Shown here: positions 1-8,937 of the stretch, piece after piece
Layout of the letters: each line of letters starts with the position of its first letter
Numbering within the stretch: position 1 is the first letter of the stretch
Origin: an uncultured Pelagibacteraceae bacterium
GTDB taxonomy: Bacteria; Pseudomonadota; Alphaproteobacteria; Pelagibacterales; AG-422-B15
Assembly: GCA_902617525.1 (NCBI GenBank)
Contig: CACMWW010000002.1
Span: forward strand, 59,425 to 123,424
Direction: 5' to 3'
DNA length: 64,000 nt
Translations under genes and position numbers: made by a program
Notes under the pieces: generated by a model
Seen by the model: the letters and a program-made list of their open reading frames with translations, nothing else
Databases searched by the model: none
Told to the model about the DNA's origin: nothing

Positions 1-11
1 AACCTGATTTA

Positions 12-305
12 TCAGCTATAATCAAGAACAACCGTTCCTGAAACAGGATCAGTTACACCTAATTCAGGAGATAATTCCTCTAGTAAGTGTCTCACTTTAT
101 CTAAGTTTCCAATCATATTTTCTCTTTGCGAGGCAATGGCTTCTTCCGATTCCCAAATACCAATAAAACAATATGTACGGTCTCCTGTTTTAAAAAGACG
201 ACTCATTTTCTGCCCTGGTAAATTTTCAAAACTTTTGTTTATTTCTAAGTATTCTTCTTCACAACCTTCTTTAACTTTAAACCTTACGGCATTACAAAAT
301 TCCAT
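12..305 (-). CDS. Small dimeric alpha/beta-barrel (ABM/DUF718-like) protein
   Basis: 97 aa, pattern 'RFKVKEG.EEEY...CFIGIWESEEA' typical of ABM-type barrels; AAGGAG RBS upstream on - strand. Confidence 0.55.
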   Translation of the reverse strand: MEFCNAVRFKVKEGCEEEYLEINKSFENLPGQKMSRLFKTGDRTYCFIGIWESEEAIASQRENMIGNLDKVRHLLEELSPELGVTDPVSGTVVLDYS

Positions 306-336
306 ATTATTACTCCTTTATTTTTAATTTATTAAA

Positions 337-1509
337 TTATGCATAAATTTCGTTTTCAAAAGCAACAACCATTTCATGCCATTCTTTGTCATTATAGGGA
401 TAGAAGTTAGAAAAGATCAAGGCTCCCTTCTGTTTTTCTAAATTAAAACTAAAGAATGTGCATGCAGCGCCTCCATGAGCAATGGATCCAACGGGCCTTG
501 AGTCATTTGGATCGAAAGAAATTGTTAAACCTAACCCATATCTATTCATTTTATTTTTTAATCTCCCATTTTCACCCATTATGAAATTATAATTATCATC
601 TCTCTCAAACATTTGATCAAATTTTCCTGGCTTTATCATTTCATTAAAACTTGACTCAGAAATAATTTGCTTATTGTTATAGCTGCCTTTGTTCATTAAG
701 CATTTCACAAAATTTGCATAGTCATTAGGCGAACTAAATATTTCAGTTCCCCCATAGTAAGATTTTCTCCAAAACCTGAGATAAGGCTGACCTTTGAAAG
801 GCATTTTTCTAATCACTTTAGATTTTTTTCCCTGTCTGATGCCTAAAGGTACAATTTTATCTCTCTTTTCTCTAGGGATGGTAAAAAATGTATTTTTCAT
901 ATCCAATGGATTAAAAATATTTTCTTTGCAATATTCTTCTAACGACTGACCTGTAACTTTTTCAATCATCATGCCTACAAAACCAAGACCAGTTCCATAT
1001 TTAAAATCTGTTCCTGCTTCGAAGAGTCTTGGTCCTTTTGAAAAAGGATAAATGTATGTAATTATACCTTTTAAAAATAATAATATTTTCATAGAAATTG
1101 ATAAATCTTTTATTTTCTTAGAAGTAATCATCATCAATGAATTATAAGCGAAACCTGATGTATGCGACATTAGATGACGTAATGTTATTGATTTAGATTG
1201 CTTAACCAATTTACTATCAGCGTTTAGTACTGGTATTTCTTTAATCTCTGGAAGAACCTCTTCAACAGGCGAGTCTAAATTTAACTTACCTTTTTCTACT
1301 AATTGCATTGCGGCCAAAGCTGTAATCGGCTTACTCATCGACATCAACCTAAATATATAGTCGCCATTTAAATCCTGGTTATTGTTCCAATGAGATTTGC
1401 CTAAAGAAATAGAATTACTCTCAAATTCATTACCATTTTTTTTCAGATATATAAAATGGCAATTCTTTACTGAATTTTCATTGAATAATTTTTGAACTTT
1501 CTCAAACAT
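337..1509 (-). CDS. Serine hydrolase, beta-lactamase class C/EstB-like family
   Basis: SxxK motif (FRLMSMSK), LMSHTSG, Y in FKYGTG, HGG motif near C-terminus. Confidence 0.85.
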   Translation of the reverse strand: MFEKVQKLFNENSVKNCHFIYLKKNGNEFESNSISLGKSHWNNNQDLNGDYIFRLMSMSKPITALAAMQLVEKGKLNLDSPVEEVLPEIKEIPVLNADSKLVKQSKSITLRHLMSHTSGFAYNSLMMITSKKIKDLSISMKILLFLKGIITYIYPFSKGPRLFEAGTDFKYGTGLGFVGMMIEKVTGQSLEEYCKENIFNPLDMKNTFFTIPREKRDKIVPLGIRQGKKSKVIRKMPFKGQPYLRFWRKSYYGGTEIFSSPNDYANFVKCLMNKGSYNNKQIISESSFNEMIKPGKFDQMFERDDNYNFIMGENGRLKNKMNRYGLGLTISFDPNDSRPVGSIAHGGAACTFFSFNLEKQKGALIFSNFYPYNDKEWHEMVVAFENEIYA

Positions 1510-1563
1510 TCAAAAATTTTACAAAAATAGTTGTTTTTTGAAAGGATAAATATTCAGTCTAAT

Positions 1564-2886
1564 TTATTTCCATGATACGCGAGCAAATGTTCTTGTGGAG
1601 CAATAAAAAATATCATTCTTTAAGCCTGGTGTTAAAAACATGCCATTGGCAAGAGGTGAATTGAGTGCAACCTTTGAGAGTATTTCTCCACTAGATAGGT
1701 CTATTACCACTAAGTGATCGTCATTATTTTCGAAACTATTAATTACTAGCTCTTTGCTTTCAGGAAACACAACCGGTTGCATTGTTGGTCTAAGACTATC
1801 AACCTTCCAAGATTTTTTTAACGATTTATTTGATGTATCAATACCTGCTATGCCACCATTTATACTATCCCAGCATACACAGATATTACATTCGGGAATA
1901 TTTACGGGTGGTGCAATAATACCCCCTCCATGATGTTCAAATGGTTCGATATATTCAAATTGTTCTGACATTAAATCAAATCTATAAAGCCTTTGCTTAC
2001 ATGACCAAGGAGCAGGACGTCTCCAACTTAATTCTTTTGGTGCAGTTTTAAATCTACCATTTGGATGTGTTGAATAAATCGCTCTTAATGAGTCGATGTC
2101 TCCGTTATTCATCAGCCAGAGTGATCCATCTGATATACAGCCATCCCATGATAATCCTTGATCATCATTTGATTTCCTATAATTAGGTGACCAGTCTGAA
2201 GTAACTTCTAGATTGTTAGGCAGAACTTTTATTTTCCATATTTTTTCGATACCTGGAATAAAAATGAACTCGCCATCTTCTGTTTTGTCTGATGCAATTC
2301 TTCCCATAGAACCCTCAGGCAATTGCATGGGTTCATGTAAAACATCTAGATTTTGATCTAATCTTGTAATTGTTGAATAACCTTGACCTTCTAAACGTAA
2401 ATCTTTAGTGACGATTGTTCCATCTGATAATATTAGTAAACCGTTATGCGCCTGATCAATGGGTAATTTTGACTCTTTAATCACTTCACATTCTTTTGAA
2501 ATACTATGCATGTAGTTTCCATTAACCTTGATGATATTGCCGTTTTGATGTGCTGCAATAGCGCCACACCAGACGTGATCACCGCATGGTAATTTTGGCG
2601 TTTCCCCTAATATTTCCAAAGATTCAGGTTCAATTTTTTGAAGCCATCCAAATGGTTCTGGACCTGTAAAGCTTGGCATAGTACCGCCCAAAAAAATTTC
2701 ATTATTATCGCGATAAATTGTCATAACATTCCAGCGTTCATTTCGTATGCTTTGTACAACAGCTTTTTTTTCACGAGCGTTCAACGATCCTTTAGTTGCC
2801 TTTTGACGTCGATTTCCACCACATTCAACAGGCCAGTGAGATTTATAGTATCCCTCAAGTATGGATAATCTGTCTAGGGCAGTCAT
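1564..2886 (-). CDS. Hypothetical protein, probable beta-propeller
   Basis: 440 aa of repeated short beta-strand blades (e.g. LVVIDLSSGEILSKV, GIAGIDTS), no signal peptide; start overlaps GST stop. Confidence 0.55.
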   Translation of the reverse strand: MTALDRLSILEGYYKSHWPVECGGNRRQKATKGSLNAREKKAVVQSIRNERWNVMTIYRDNNEIFLGGTMPSFTGPEPFGWLQKIEPESLEILGETPKLPCGDHVWCGAIAAHQNGNIIKVNGNYMHSISKECEVIKESKLPIDQAHNGLLILSDGTIVTKDLRLEGQGYSTITRLDQNLDVLHEPMQLPEGSMGRIASDKTEDGEFIFIPGIEKIWKIKVLPNNLEVTSDWSPNYRKSNDDQGLSWDGCISDGSLWLMNNGDIDSLRAIYSTHPNGRFKTAPKELSWRRPAPWSCKQRLYRFDLMSEQFEYIEPFEHHGGGIIAPPVNIPECNICVCWDSINGGIAGIDTSNKSLKKSWKVDSLRPTMQPVVFPESKELVINSFENNDDHLVVIDLSSGEILSKVALNSPLANGMFLTPGLKNDIFYCSTRTFARVSWK

Positions 2887-3740
2887 TATTTTGAAAGCAG
2901 GGCTTTAATTGACTTTCCACCCAACGATGTTGATGTCTTAGCGTAAAGCCTAATTAGCTTTAGAGGTAATGGATCATTAACCTCTTTAAAAAATTCTTTT
3001 CGAGAATAAAGATCAAGAAACCATTCAGATATTTTTGGGTAACGGTCTTTAAATGGAAATCCTGAGACATAAAGCCTATATGTATAAATAAACCAGGCAA
3101 GATCAAGCATTGAAAGATTATTGTCCATTAAGTATTTTTGCTTATTTAATAGAGATTCGTATTTATCATAACATTTACAAAAATTATTTAGTGAGTTTTT
3201 AACTGCTTCATCAGTTATTCCATTTTCACGAAATGACTTATAAAACTTTACTTCTTTTAATTTAAGATAGTCCAGCTCACTATTAGATGATTTATATTTT
3301 TCAAACGCATCTAATTCATTAGGGTCTTTTTTGCCGAGTCCACCAAACATATATCGATAAGCAATATTTCTTATATCCTCATGCAAATCATCTTCTTCTT
3401 TCAGTAACGTGCCAATTTCTGTTTTATCGGAGTCAGGAACAAGTGGGTTTTCAGGAAATTTATCCTCGAGATACATGAGAATATCATTGCTCTCAATTTC
3501 TACACGACCATCATCCACGAGAACAGGAACCAGGCCTTTAGGATTAATACCTAGAAAGAATTCTGAATAGTTTTTTCCTGTAGCAAGATTAATGCTGTGA
3601 GGTGTCCATGAAATTTTTTTTAAATTTAAATAAATCCTAAGTTTTTGTGAACATGATGAAGTTCTAAAATGAAATAAATGCAAACCCTTCCAATTTAGTA
3701 TTTCTCTAGATTTAATTTGATCGCTTGGAATTTGAACCAT
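2886..3740 (-). CDS. Glutathione S-transferase family protein (TCHQD/GDAP1-like N-terminus)
   Basis: SSCSQK, INPKGLVPVL, ESNDI G-site motifs; SMLDL N-capping box. Confidence 0.9.
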   Translation of the reverse strand: MVQIPSDQIKSREILNWKGLHLFHFRTSSCSQKLRIYLNLKKISWTPHSINLATGKNYSEFFLGINPKGLVPVLVDDGRVEIESNDILMYLEDKFPENPLVPDSDKTEIGTLLKEEDDLHEDIRNIAYRYMFGGLGKKDPNELDAFEKYKSSNSELDYLKLKEVKFYKSFRENGITDEAVKNSLNNFCKCYDKYESLLNKQKYLMDNNLSMLDLAWFIYTYRLYVSGFPFKDRYPKISEWFLDLYSRKEFFKEVNDPLPLKLIRLYAKTSTSLGGKSIKALLSK

Positions 3741-3907
3741 TATTTTCTTTCCTTATTGTTTTGTTTAGTAACAAGGTAAGCCAGTACAAGAATTACAACC
3801 GTACCTGTCATCATTGAGATATCAACCGACAGACCAAAGCTTAATAAAATAAAACCTATAAGGGCGCCTACAAAAAAAACACCAAGAATCTGTAATACAT
3901 TTTTCAT
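3740..3907 (-). CDS. Small two-TM membrane protein (55 aa), not in ORF track
   Basis: Manual translation MKNVLQILGVFFVGALIGFILLSFGLSVDISMMTGTVVILVLAYLVTKQNNKERK*; fills the gap exactly, TAATG overlap with GST start. Confidence 0.75.
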   Translation of the reverse strand: MKNVLQILGVFFVGALIGFILLSFGLSVDISMMTGTVVILVLAYLVTKQNNKERK

Positions 3908-3910
3908 TAA

Positions 3911-5515
3911 TTATTCATCTGTTTTTAAACTAGTTTTTTGAATGATTATAACAGAAATTGTTGGTACCAAAAGAGTGAGCAGAGTTACAACAATCAATAA
4001 AATACCAAGGTCAGAATAATCAGCTATGGAGAGTATCTCATTTGTGACCTTATCCTTGACTTCCCTTGTTACTTCGTAAATTTGATTGAGATACTTTGTA
4101 AGCAACGCACTTGCGGATAGAGCTAAATTTGTGAACGATGCAAATACAGCAAAAAATGTAGCCTTTAGATGAGCTGGAGCATTTCTTGCAATCCATGCAA
4201 GAAGTGGAATCATTGAAACTTGTCCCAAAGGTGATTCTAAAGCTGTATTAAATATTGCAATAAATCGTGCATCTACAACATCATTTGTTAATGACGAGGT
4301 CCATCCATGAAATCCATAATACATGCCAACACTTGGCAAAAATAATACTGCTCCAGCAATTGATAATATCACTATAATTTTTGCAATTGAGTTATTGACC
4401 ATAAAAGGCCTTAAAATAATGATGCCAAGTAAAGTCAAACAGGAGGCAAGAAGAGAAAGCAAAGAAAAAAACTGCTCATCAAATCCTAAATTATCAATCT
4501 CAAACCAGGTAAGTCCTGGGCCTGGGCCTGGCATGGCTCTGAAAATAAATATTATAATTGCAGTTCCCAAAATTGTGAGTCGCATCGACTCAGGAAGTTC
4601 ACGCATTAATTTAGCCATCAGAAAAAATATAATACTTACTGATCCAATGAATACGATCTCTTGTGCATACGGAAGATTAAATCCTCCCACGCTAAGTGTA
4701 AAAATTACAAAAACAAGAGAGCCTCCAAGTATCCACCAATCAACCTTAGTTTTTTCAATTTCGATTTGATAATCTATTCCTAACTTTGAAAGTTGATCGT
4801 TTTTTTTCTTTTTTAAATAAATTGAAAGTAATACCCCTAATATTGATATGATCGGAATGATCAATGCGAAGAGATAAATATTCCCGTACAAAATTATTTT
4901 TTCTTGTTCTGTTTCAGCCTCAACGCTACTGAAAATAACAACATTAATTAATGCAACAATTACTGTACCGCCAATAATAGCAAATCTGCCTAGTGTCTGC
5001 ATGGTGGTATGCATGTTTTTTATTACATCAGGTGAGTATTGATTTCCTTTTGGATCTATGTTTGGGACTGCTTCAACAGTCATTGCATCAGCAACAACGT
5101 CTTGAACCACATAACCTATCGGAGCTAAGAGAACGCTAATAACATACCAACTTTCAACACTTAAGTACCTTACCATGAAGTCAGTATGAATAATAAGGCC
5201 GTACATGATAGCAAGACTTAAAGCGATGAGTGATGCACCTACATATACAAGGTAATTTTTTCTTTCCCAGATTAGGTCAACTAAATGACCAAGCGGCATT
5301 TTTAATGCCCAAGGAATTCCTGCCCAAAAACCAAGCCCAGCTAAAAAAGCAGCCGAAAGATTTAGATAATCTTTGACAAAAAAGGTTCCAACGATTCCAG
5401 TTAAACCTGAAACACCAGCAGCAACATATATCATCAAAGGCGGTAGATAACTTAATTTAAATTGCCGTCCTAAATCAATAAAAGTGCTGTCTATGAAAGC
5501 ATAAAATTTACTCAT
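3911..5515 (-). CDS. BT1 family folate/biopterin transporter (MFS)
   Basis: About 12 hydrophobic segments, PWALKMPLGHLVD and DVVADAMTVE motifs typical of the BT1 family. Confidence 0.75.
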   Translation of the reverse strand: MSKFYAFIDSTFIDLGRQFKLSYLPPLMIYVAAGVSGLTGIVGTFFVKDYLNLSAAFLAGLGFWAGIPWALKMPLGHLVDLIWERKNYLVYVGASLIALSLAIMYGLIIHTDFMVRYLSVESWYVISVLLAPIGYVVQDVVADAMTVEAVPNIDPKGNQYSPDVIKNMHTTMQTLGRFAIIGGTVIVALINVVIFSSVEAETEQEKIILYGNIYLFALIIPIISILGVLLSIYLKKKKNDQLSKLGIDYQIEIEKTKVDWWILGGSLVFVIFTLSVGGFNLPYAQEIVFIGSVSIIFFLMAKLMRELPESMRLTILGTAIIIFIFRAMPGPGPGLTWFEIDNLGFDEQFFSLLSLLASCLTLLGIIILRPFMVNNSIAKIIVILSIAGAVLFLPSVGMYYGFHGWTSSLTNDVVDARFIAIFNTALESPLGQVSMIPLLAWIARNAPAHLKATFFAVFASFTNLALSASALLTKYLNQIYEVTREVKDKVTNEILSIADYSDLGILLIVVTLLTLLVPTISVIIIQKTSLKTDE

Positions 5516-5531
5516 TCTGTAATTATACAGA

Positions 5532-6092
5532 TTAAGATTTTTCTAACAACTCAGGGCTATTGTTACGAGGACTATTAACATTTTTTGAGACTTCATAAAC
5601 TTGAACTTGATCGTCTTTTTTTCTTTTAATTTCGTGCTTTCCTTCTATCCATTCAGTTGTTTGAGATTCATCTAAAAGTAAAGGTTGTCTATGATGCACA
5701 TGAGAGACAGTTTCACTTGACCGGCAAGTTACGACTGCACATCCACTGTTTAAATTATAAATACCAGCAAAATACAGCAATTCATTTTCAATATAATGGA
5801 AAAAAGGGGTTTTAGAGTTATTTTGCCTCTGCCATTCATACCAACCATTTGCAAGAAAAACACATCTAAGTGATCCCTTAAAAGAAGGCTTTTCTAATAA
5901 TGTTTCGTGACGACAATTAATCAAGTTCATATCGTCTTTCCATTTTGGTGAATATGACCATTTCATAAAAACAGGATCTGGTTTTATAACCAATACATCT
6001 TGTGAAGGAGTTATGTTATATGAAGGTGATAATTCAATATTAAATTTATCTTTAATAACTTTTTTGTCAGAGAGAACGAAACGCCCACACAT
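5532..6092 (-). CDS. SOS response-associated peptidase (SRAP/YedK/HMCES family)
   Basis: N-terminal MCGRF, YNITP, GWYEW, HHRQP motifs. Confidence 0.92.
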   Translation of the reverse strand: MCGRFVLSDKKVIKDKFNIELSPSYNITPSQDVLVIKPDPVFMKWSYSPKWKDDMNLINCRHETLLEKPSFKGSLRCVFLANGWYEWQRQNNSKTPFFHYIENELLYFAGIYNLNSGCAVVTCRSSETVSHVHHRQPLLLDESQTTEWIEGKHEIKRKKDDQVQVYEVSKNVNSPRNNSPELLEKS

Positions 6093-6094
6093 TG

Positions 6095-6625
6095 TTAAAC
6101 AATAAGTTCGTTAATTAATTTGAGTCGGTCTTGAGATTTTTTACTTGTTGGAATAATTTCTAGAATTCTTTTATACGTTGCTGCAGCTCCCAAAAGATCA
6201 TCTTGAATTAAATAGATTTCCGCAAGTCCATCAAGTGCTCCAAAGTGCCTTGGTTCTAGTTCAAGAGTTTTTTGGATATCAAGAATTGAAGCCTCTAACT
6301 CACCTTTTAAAAAGAGAACAGTAGCTCTTTTATTCCAACCTTCTGCAAAATCAGGCTTAAGATCGATTACCTGCGTAAATAAAGCTATTGCTTCTTCTAA
6401 ACTTCCACGATCCATCATGTCTTTGCCTTCATCGAATATTTTTTGAGCTTCAACATTTTCTGCAATAGACCATATATCCCAAATGTCAGCTAAGATAATG
6501 CTGACTTGCATATTGTCATTACTTAAAAATAACTCATCAAACAAACTGTTCAGTCGGCTATCTTTTTGATCAGCCAATACAAAAGATGAATTTAAAAGTA
6601 ACAGTATTAAAATAATTTTTTTCAA
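6095..6625 (-). CDS. Exported tetratricopeptide repeat protein
   Basis: Signal peptide MKKIILILLLL..VLA; TPRs (PDFAEGWNKRA, LEPRHFGALDGL); TTG start overlapping upstream stop. Confidence 0.85.
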   Translation of the reverse strand: MKKIILILLLLNSSFVLADQKDSRLNSLFDELFLSNDNMQVSIILADIWDIWSIAENVEAQKIFDEGKDMMDRGSLEEAIALFTQVIDLKPDFAEGWNKRATVLFLKGELEASILDIQKTLELEPRHFGALDGLAEIYLIQDDLLGAAATYKRILEIIPTSKKSQDRLKLINELIV

Positions 6626-7935
6626 TCTAAATCTTTCCAGAAGGCTTTATATTTTTTGCTGTTAGCGGAGTCGTCTCTAAAGTGATCAAGAAATGCCTTA
6701 AAAAGTCCTAGCTTTGTATCAACCTCATTGCCGTCAGCGATTTTTAATATTTGTCGATAACACCAATAAACTTGAGCAGCTTTATTATTGGATCGCATAA
6801 GTGATATCGGGCTATTTAAGCCAAGAATCCACGGACCAAATTCCAAAATATTTTCATATAGAGTTGCTGATTTTTTTTCACCACTTATCAATTCATTTAC
6901 AATATCGGGCTCAGAGCAAAGTGGTCTTCCCAAACCAATTACATCACAAGCTCCGCTTTGAAGGGCATGATTCATCCCCTCAGTAGAACGAAATCCCCCA
7001 GTGACTGCCAAAGGAATTGATATAACTTCTTTTATTGCTTCAGCATATTTCAAGAAATAAGCTTCTCTTACTTTTGTGCTGCGCTGAGGTTTGATTGTTT
7101 TTGCTTTTTTAAGATTCAATGAGTCAATTTCTAAGGCAGTAAAATTTTCATAAGTTCCACCTGAAATTTCAAGTAAATCTATTGATGTATTATTTAATAT
7201 TTTTGCAACTTCAATACTTTCTTCGTGAGAAAATCCCCCTTTTTGAAAATCACTTGAATTAAGTTTAATTGAAATAGGAAAATTGCTTCCCACTTTCTCT
7301 CGGATCGCTTCAATTGTTGTAATTAGTAATCTTGATCGATTTTCTATACTGCCTCCCCACTCATCAGTTCGTTGATTAACATTTGGTGATAAAAATTCTG
7401 AGAGAAGATAACCATGTGCTGAATGAAGTTGAACACCAGTGAATCCTGTTTGCTTTGCAACCTCAGCCGCATTAACAAATTGATCAATTATATTCAAGAT
7501 TTCGGATTGGCTTAGCTCTTTTGGTACTCCAAATTTTAGTATTCCTCCCAGTGTTGGCAAAGGTTGAACTGAGGGCGCCCTGCTCTCTTTGTTAATACTA
7601 AAAGGCGTCTGTCTGCCAGCATGACTTAATTGCATCCATAGGTGAGTATTATTTTGTGTTCCAGCTTTTGACCAGTCGGCTAAAGCGGCCAAACTTTCAT
7701 TAGACTGCTTTCCTTCAATTACAACATTACCAGCTCGTTCAATATATCGATGATCAACTTGAACATTTCCTGTAACCGAAATTCCTATTCCTCCTTTAGC
7801 CCATCTTTCATACAGATTATTATGTCTTTTATTTGCTGTCGCATCACTTTTTGCCAAACCCTCAGTCATTGCTGATTTAAGAAATCTATTTTTAATTTCG
7901 GCGCCACAAGGAAGTATCAATTTTACATTTATCAT
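6622..7935 (-). CDS. NADH:flavin oxidoreductase / Old Yellow Enzyme family
   Basis: KNRFLKSAMTE, HAGRQ, HSAHGYLLSEFLSP, NQRTDEWGGS motifs; ATG at 7935 preferred over TTG at 7947. Confidence 0.9.
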   Translation of the reverse strand: MINVKLILPCGAEIKNRFLKSAMTEGLAKSDATANKRHNNLYERWAKGGIGISVTGNVQVDHRYIERAGNVVIEGKQSNESLAALADWSKAGTQNNTHLWMQLSHAGRQTPFSINKESRAPSVQPLPTLGGILKFGVPKELSQSEILNIIDQFVNAAEVAKQTGFTGVQLHSAHGYLLSEFLSPNVNQRTDEWGGSIENRSRLLITTIEAIREKVGSNFPISIKLNSSDFQKGGFSHEESIEVAKILNNTSIDLLEISGGTYENFTALEIDSLNLKKAKTIKPQRSTKVREAYFLKYAEAIKEVISIPLAVTGGFRSTEGMNHALQSGACDVIGLGRPLCSEPDIVNELISGEKKSATLYENILEFGPWILGLNSPISLMRSNNKAAQVYWCYRQILKIADGNEVDTKLGLFKAFLDHFRDDSANSKKYKAFWKDLD

Positions 7936-7949
7936 AACTTTTAACAAAT

Positions 7950-8927
7950 TTAATTTACTATAAAATTTTTGATATCTTCAGCTAATATTTCTGGGATTTC
8001 CATTGGAGGCATATGACCAACTTCAGGGTATAAAATTAAACTTATATTGGGAATATTTTCTAAAAAGTGTTTATTAAATCTTACATCAACTAAATTATCC
8101 TGTTCACCATGAAGTATTAAAGTAGGAATTTTTATGTTTTGCAGTAATTTAGGATTAGTAATAAAGTCTTTTTCATTATTAACTATAAGATTACCAATTG
8201 CCTCTCTAGAGCCCTCAAGTAAAATTATTTCATGAAATTGATCAATTAATTCCTCAGTTATGATATTCTGATTATAAACCGTTTGGTAAGCGGCCTGAGT
8301 TACAATAAATCTTGGCGTTATATAGCCCAGCATTTGCCTAAAAAATGGAATTTCTAAGAGTTTAAATGCAATTGGTGGGGCATTCTCTGACTGAAATTCT
8401 TTATATTCTTCCTCGTTTGCTATAAAGGCTGAGCCTATAACCAGTAAACCACTCACTTTTTCTGGATAGTCAATTGTATAATCCCATACAACTCTTCCAC
8501 CCATAGAGTGCCCCGCAAGATAAAATTTATTTATATTTTTTATTTCTAATACTTCGTTTATGACTCTAATAAATCCATCAATAGAATAATCGTCACTATT
8601 GACTGGTCCTGTTAATCCATGAGCTGGCAAGTCCAATGATATTATTCTAAAATCATCTAATAAAAATTTATTCATACTTTCGAAATTAAAAAGTGACCCA
8701 TTAAATCCGTGAATTAAAACTAAGGTACTTCCATTTTTATTACCTTCATCCCTTACATGAATTAACGAACCATCTTTTAATTCTATAAATTCAGAAGCCC
8801 CCTTTGCATGTTTCGCAATAACATTTTCTTTTGGTATATCAAAGTATACGGAATTATAGATAATGAATGCTAATAAAATTAGTATGAGTAATAGAAAGTA
8901 TTTTAAAATACTTTTTAATTTTACCAT
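7950..8927 (-). CDS. Membrane-anchored alpha/beta hydrolase
   Basis: N-terminal TM, HGF oxyanion motif, GHSMGG nucleophile elbow, GEQD, GH; start re-called at ATG 8927 to remove overlap with tauD. Confidence 0.88.
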   Translation of the reverse strand: MVKLKSILKYFLLLILILLAFIIYNSVYFDIPKENVIAKHAKGASEFIELKDGSLIHVRDEGNKNGSTLVLIHGFNGSLFNFESMNKFLLDDFRIISLDLPAHGLTGPVNSDDYSIDGFIRVINEVLEIKNINKFYLAGHSMGGRVVWDYTIDYPEKVSGLLVIGSAFIANEEEYKEFQSENAPPIAFKLLEIPFFRQMLGYITPRFIVTQAAYQTVYNQNIITEELIDQFHEIILLEGSREAIGNLIVNNEKDFITNPKLLQNIKIPTLILHGEQDNLVDVRFNKHFLENIPNISLILYPEVGHMPPMEIPEILAEDIKNFIVN

Positions 8928-8937
8928 AAAATATATT

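Noticed and set aside
337-1509. Antibiotic-resistance beta-lactamase
   Set aside because: No signal peptide and no YxN/KTG class C motifs; esterase-type family member
4323-4769. 148-aa + strand ORF (and similar ones at 24447-24896, 54658-55137, 37050-37394)
   Set aside because: Fully antisense to well-supported genes
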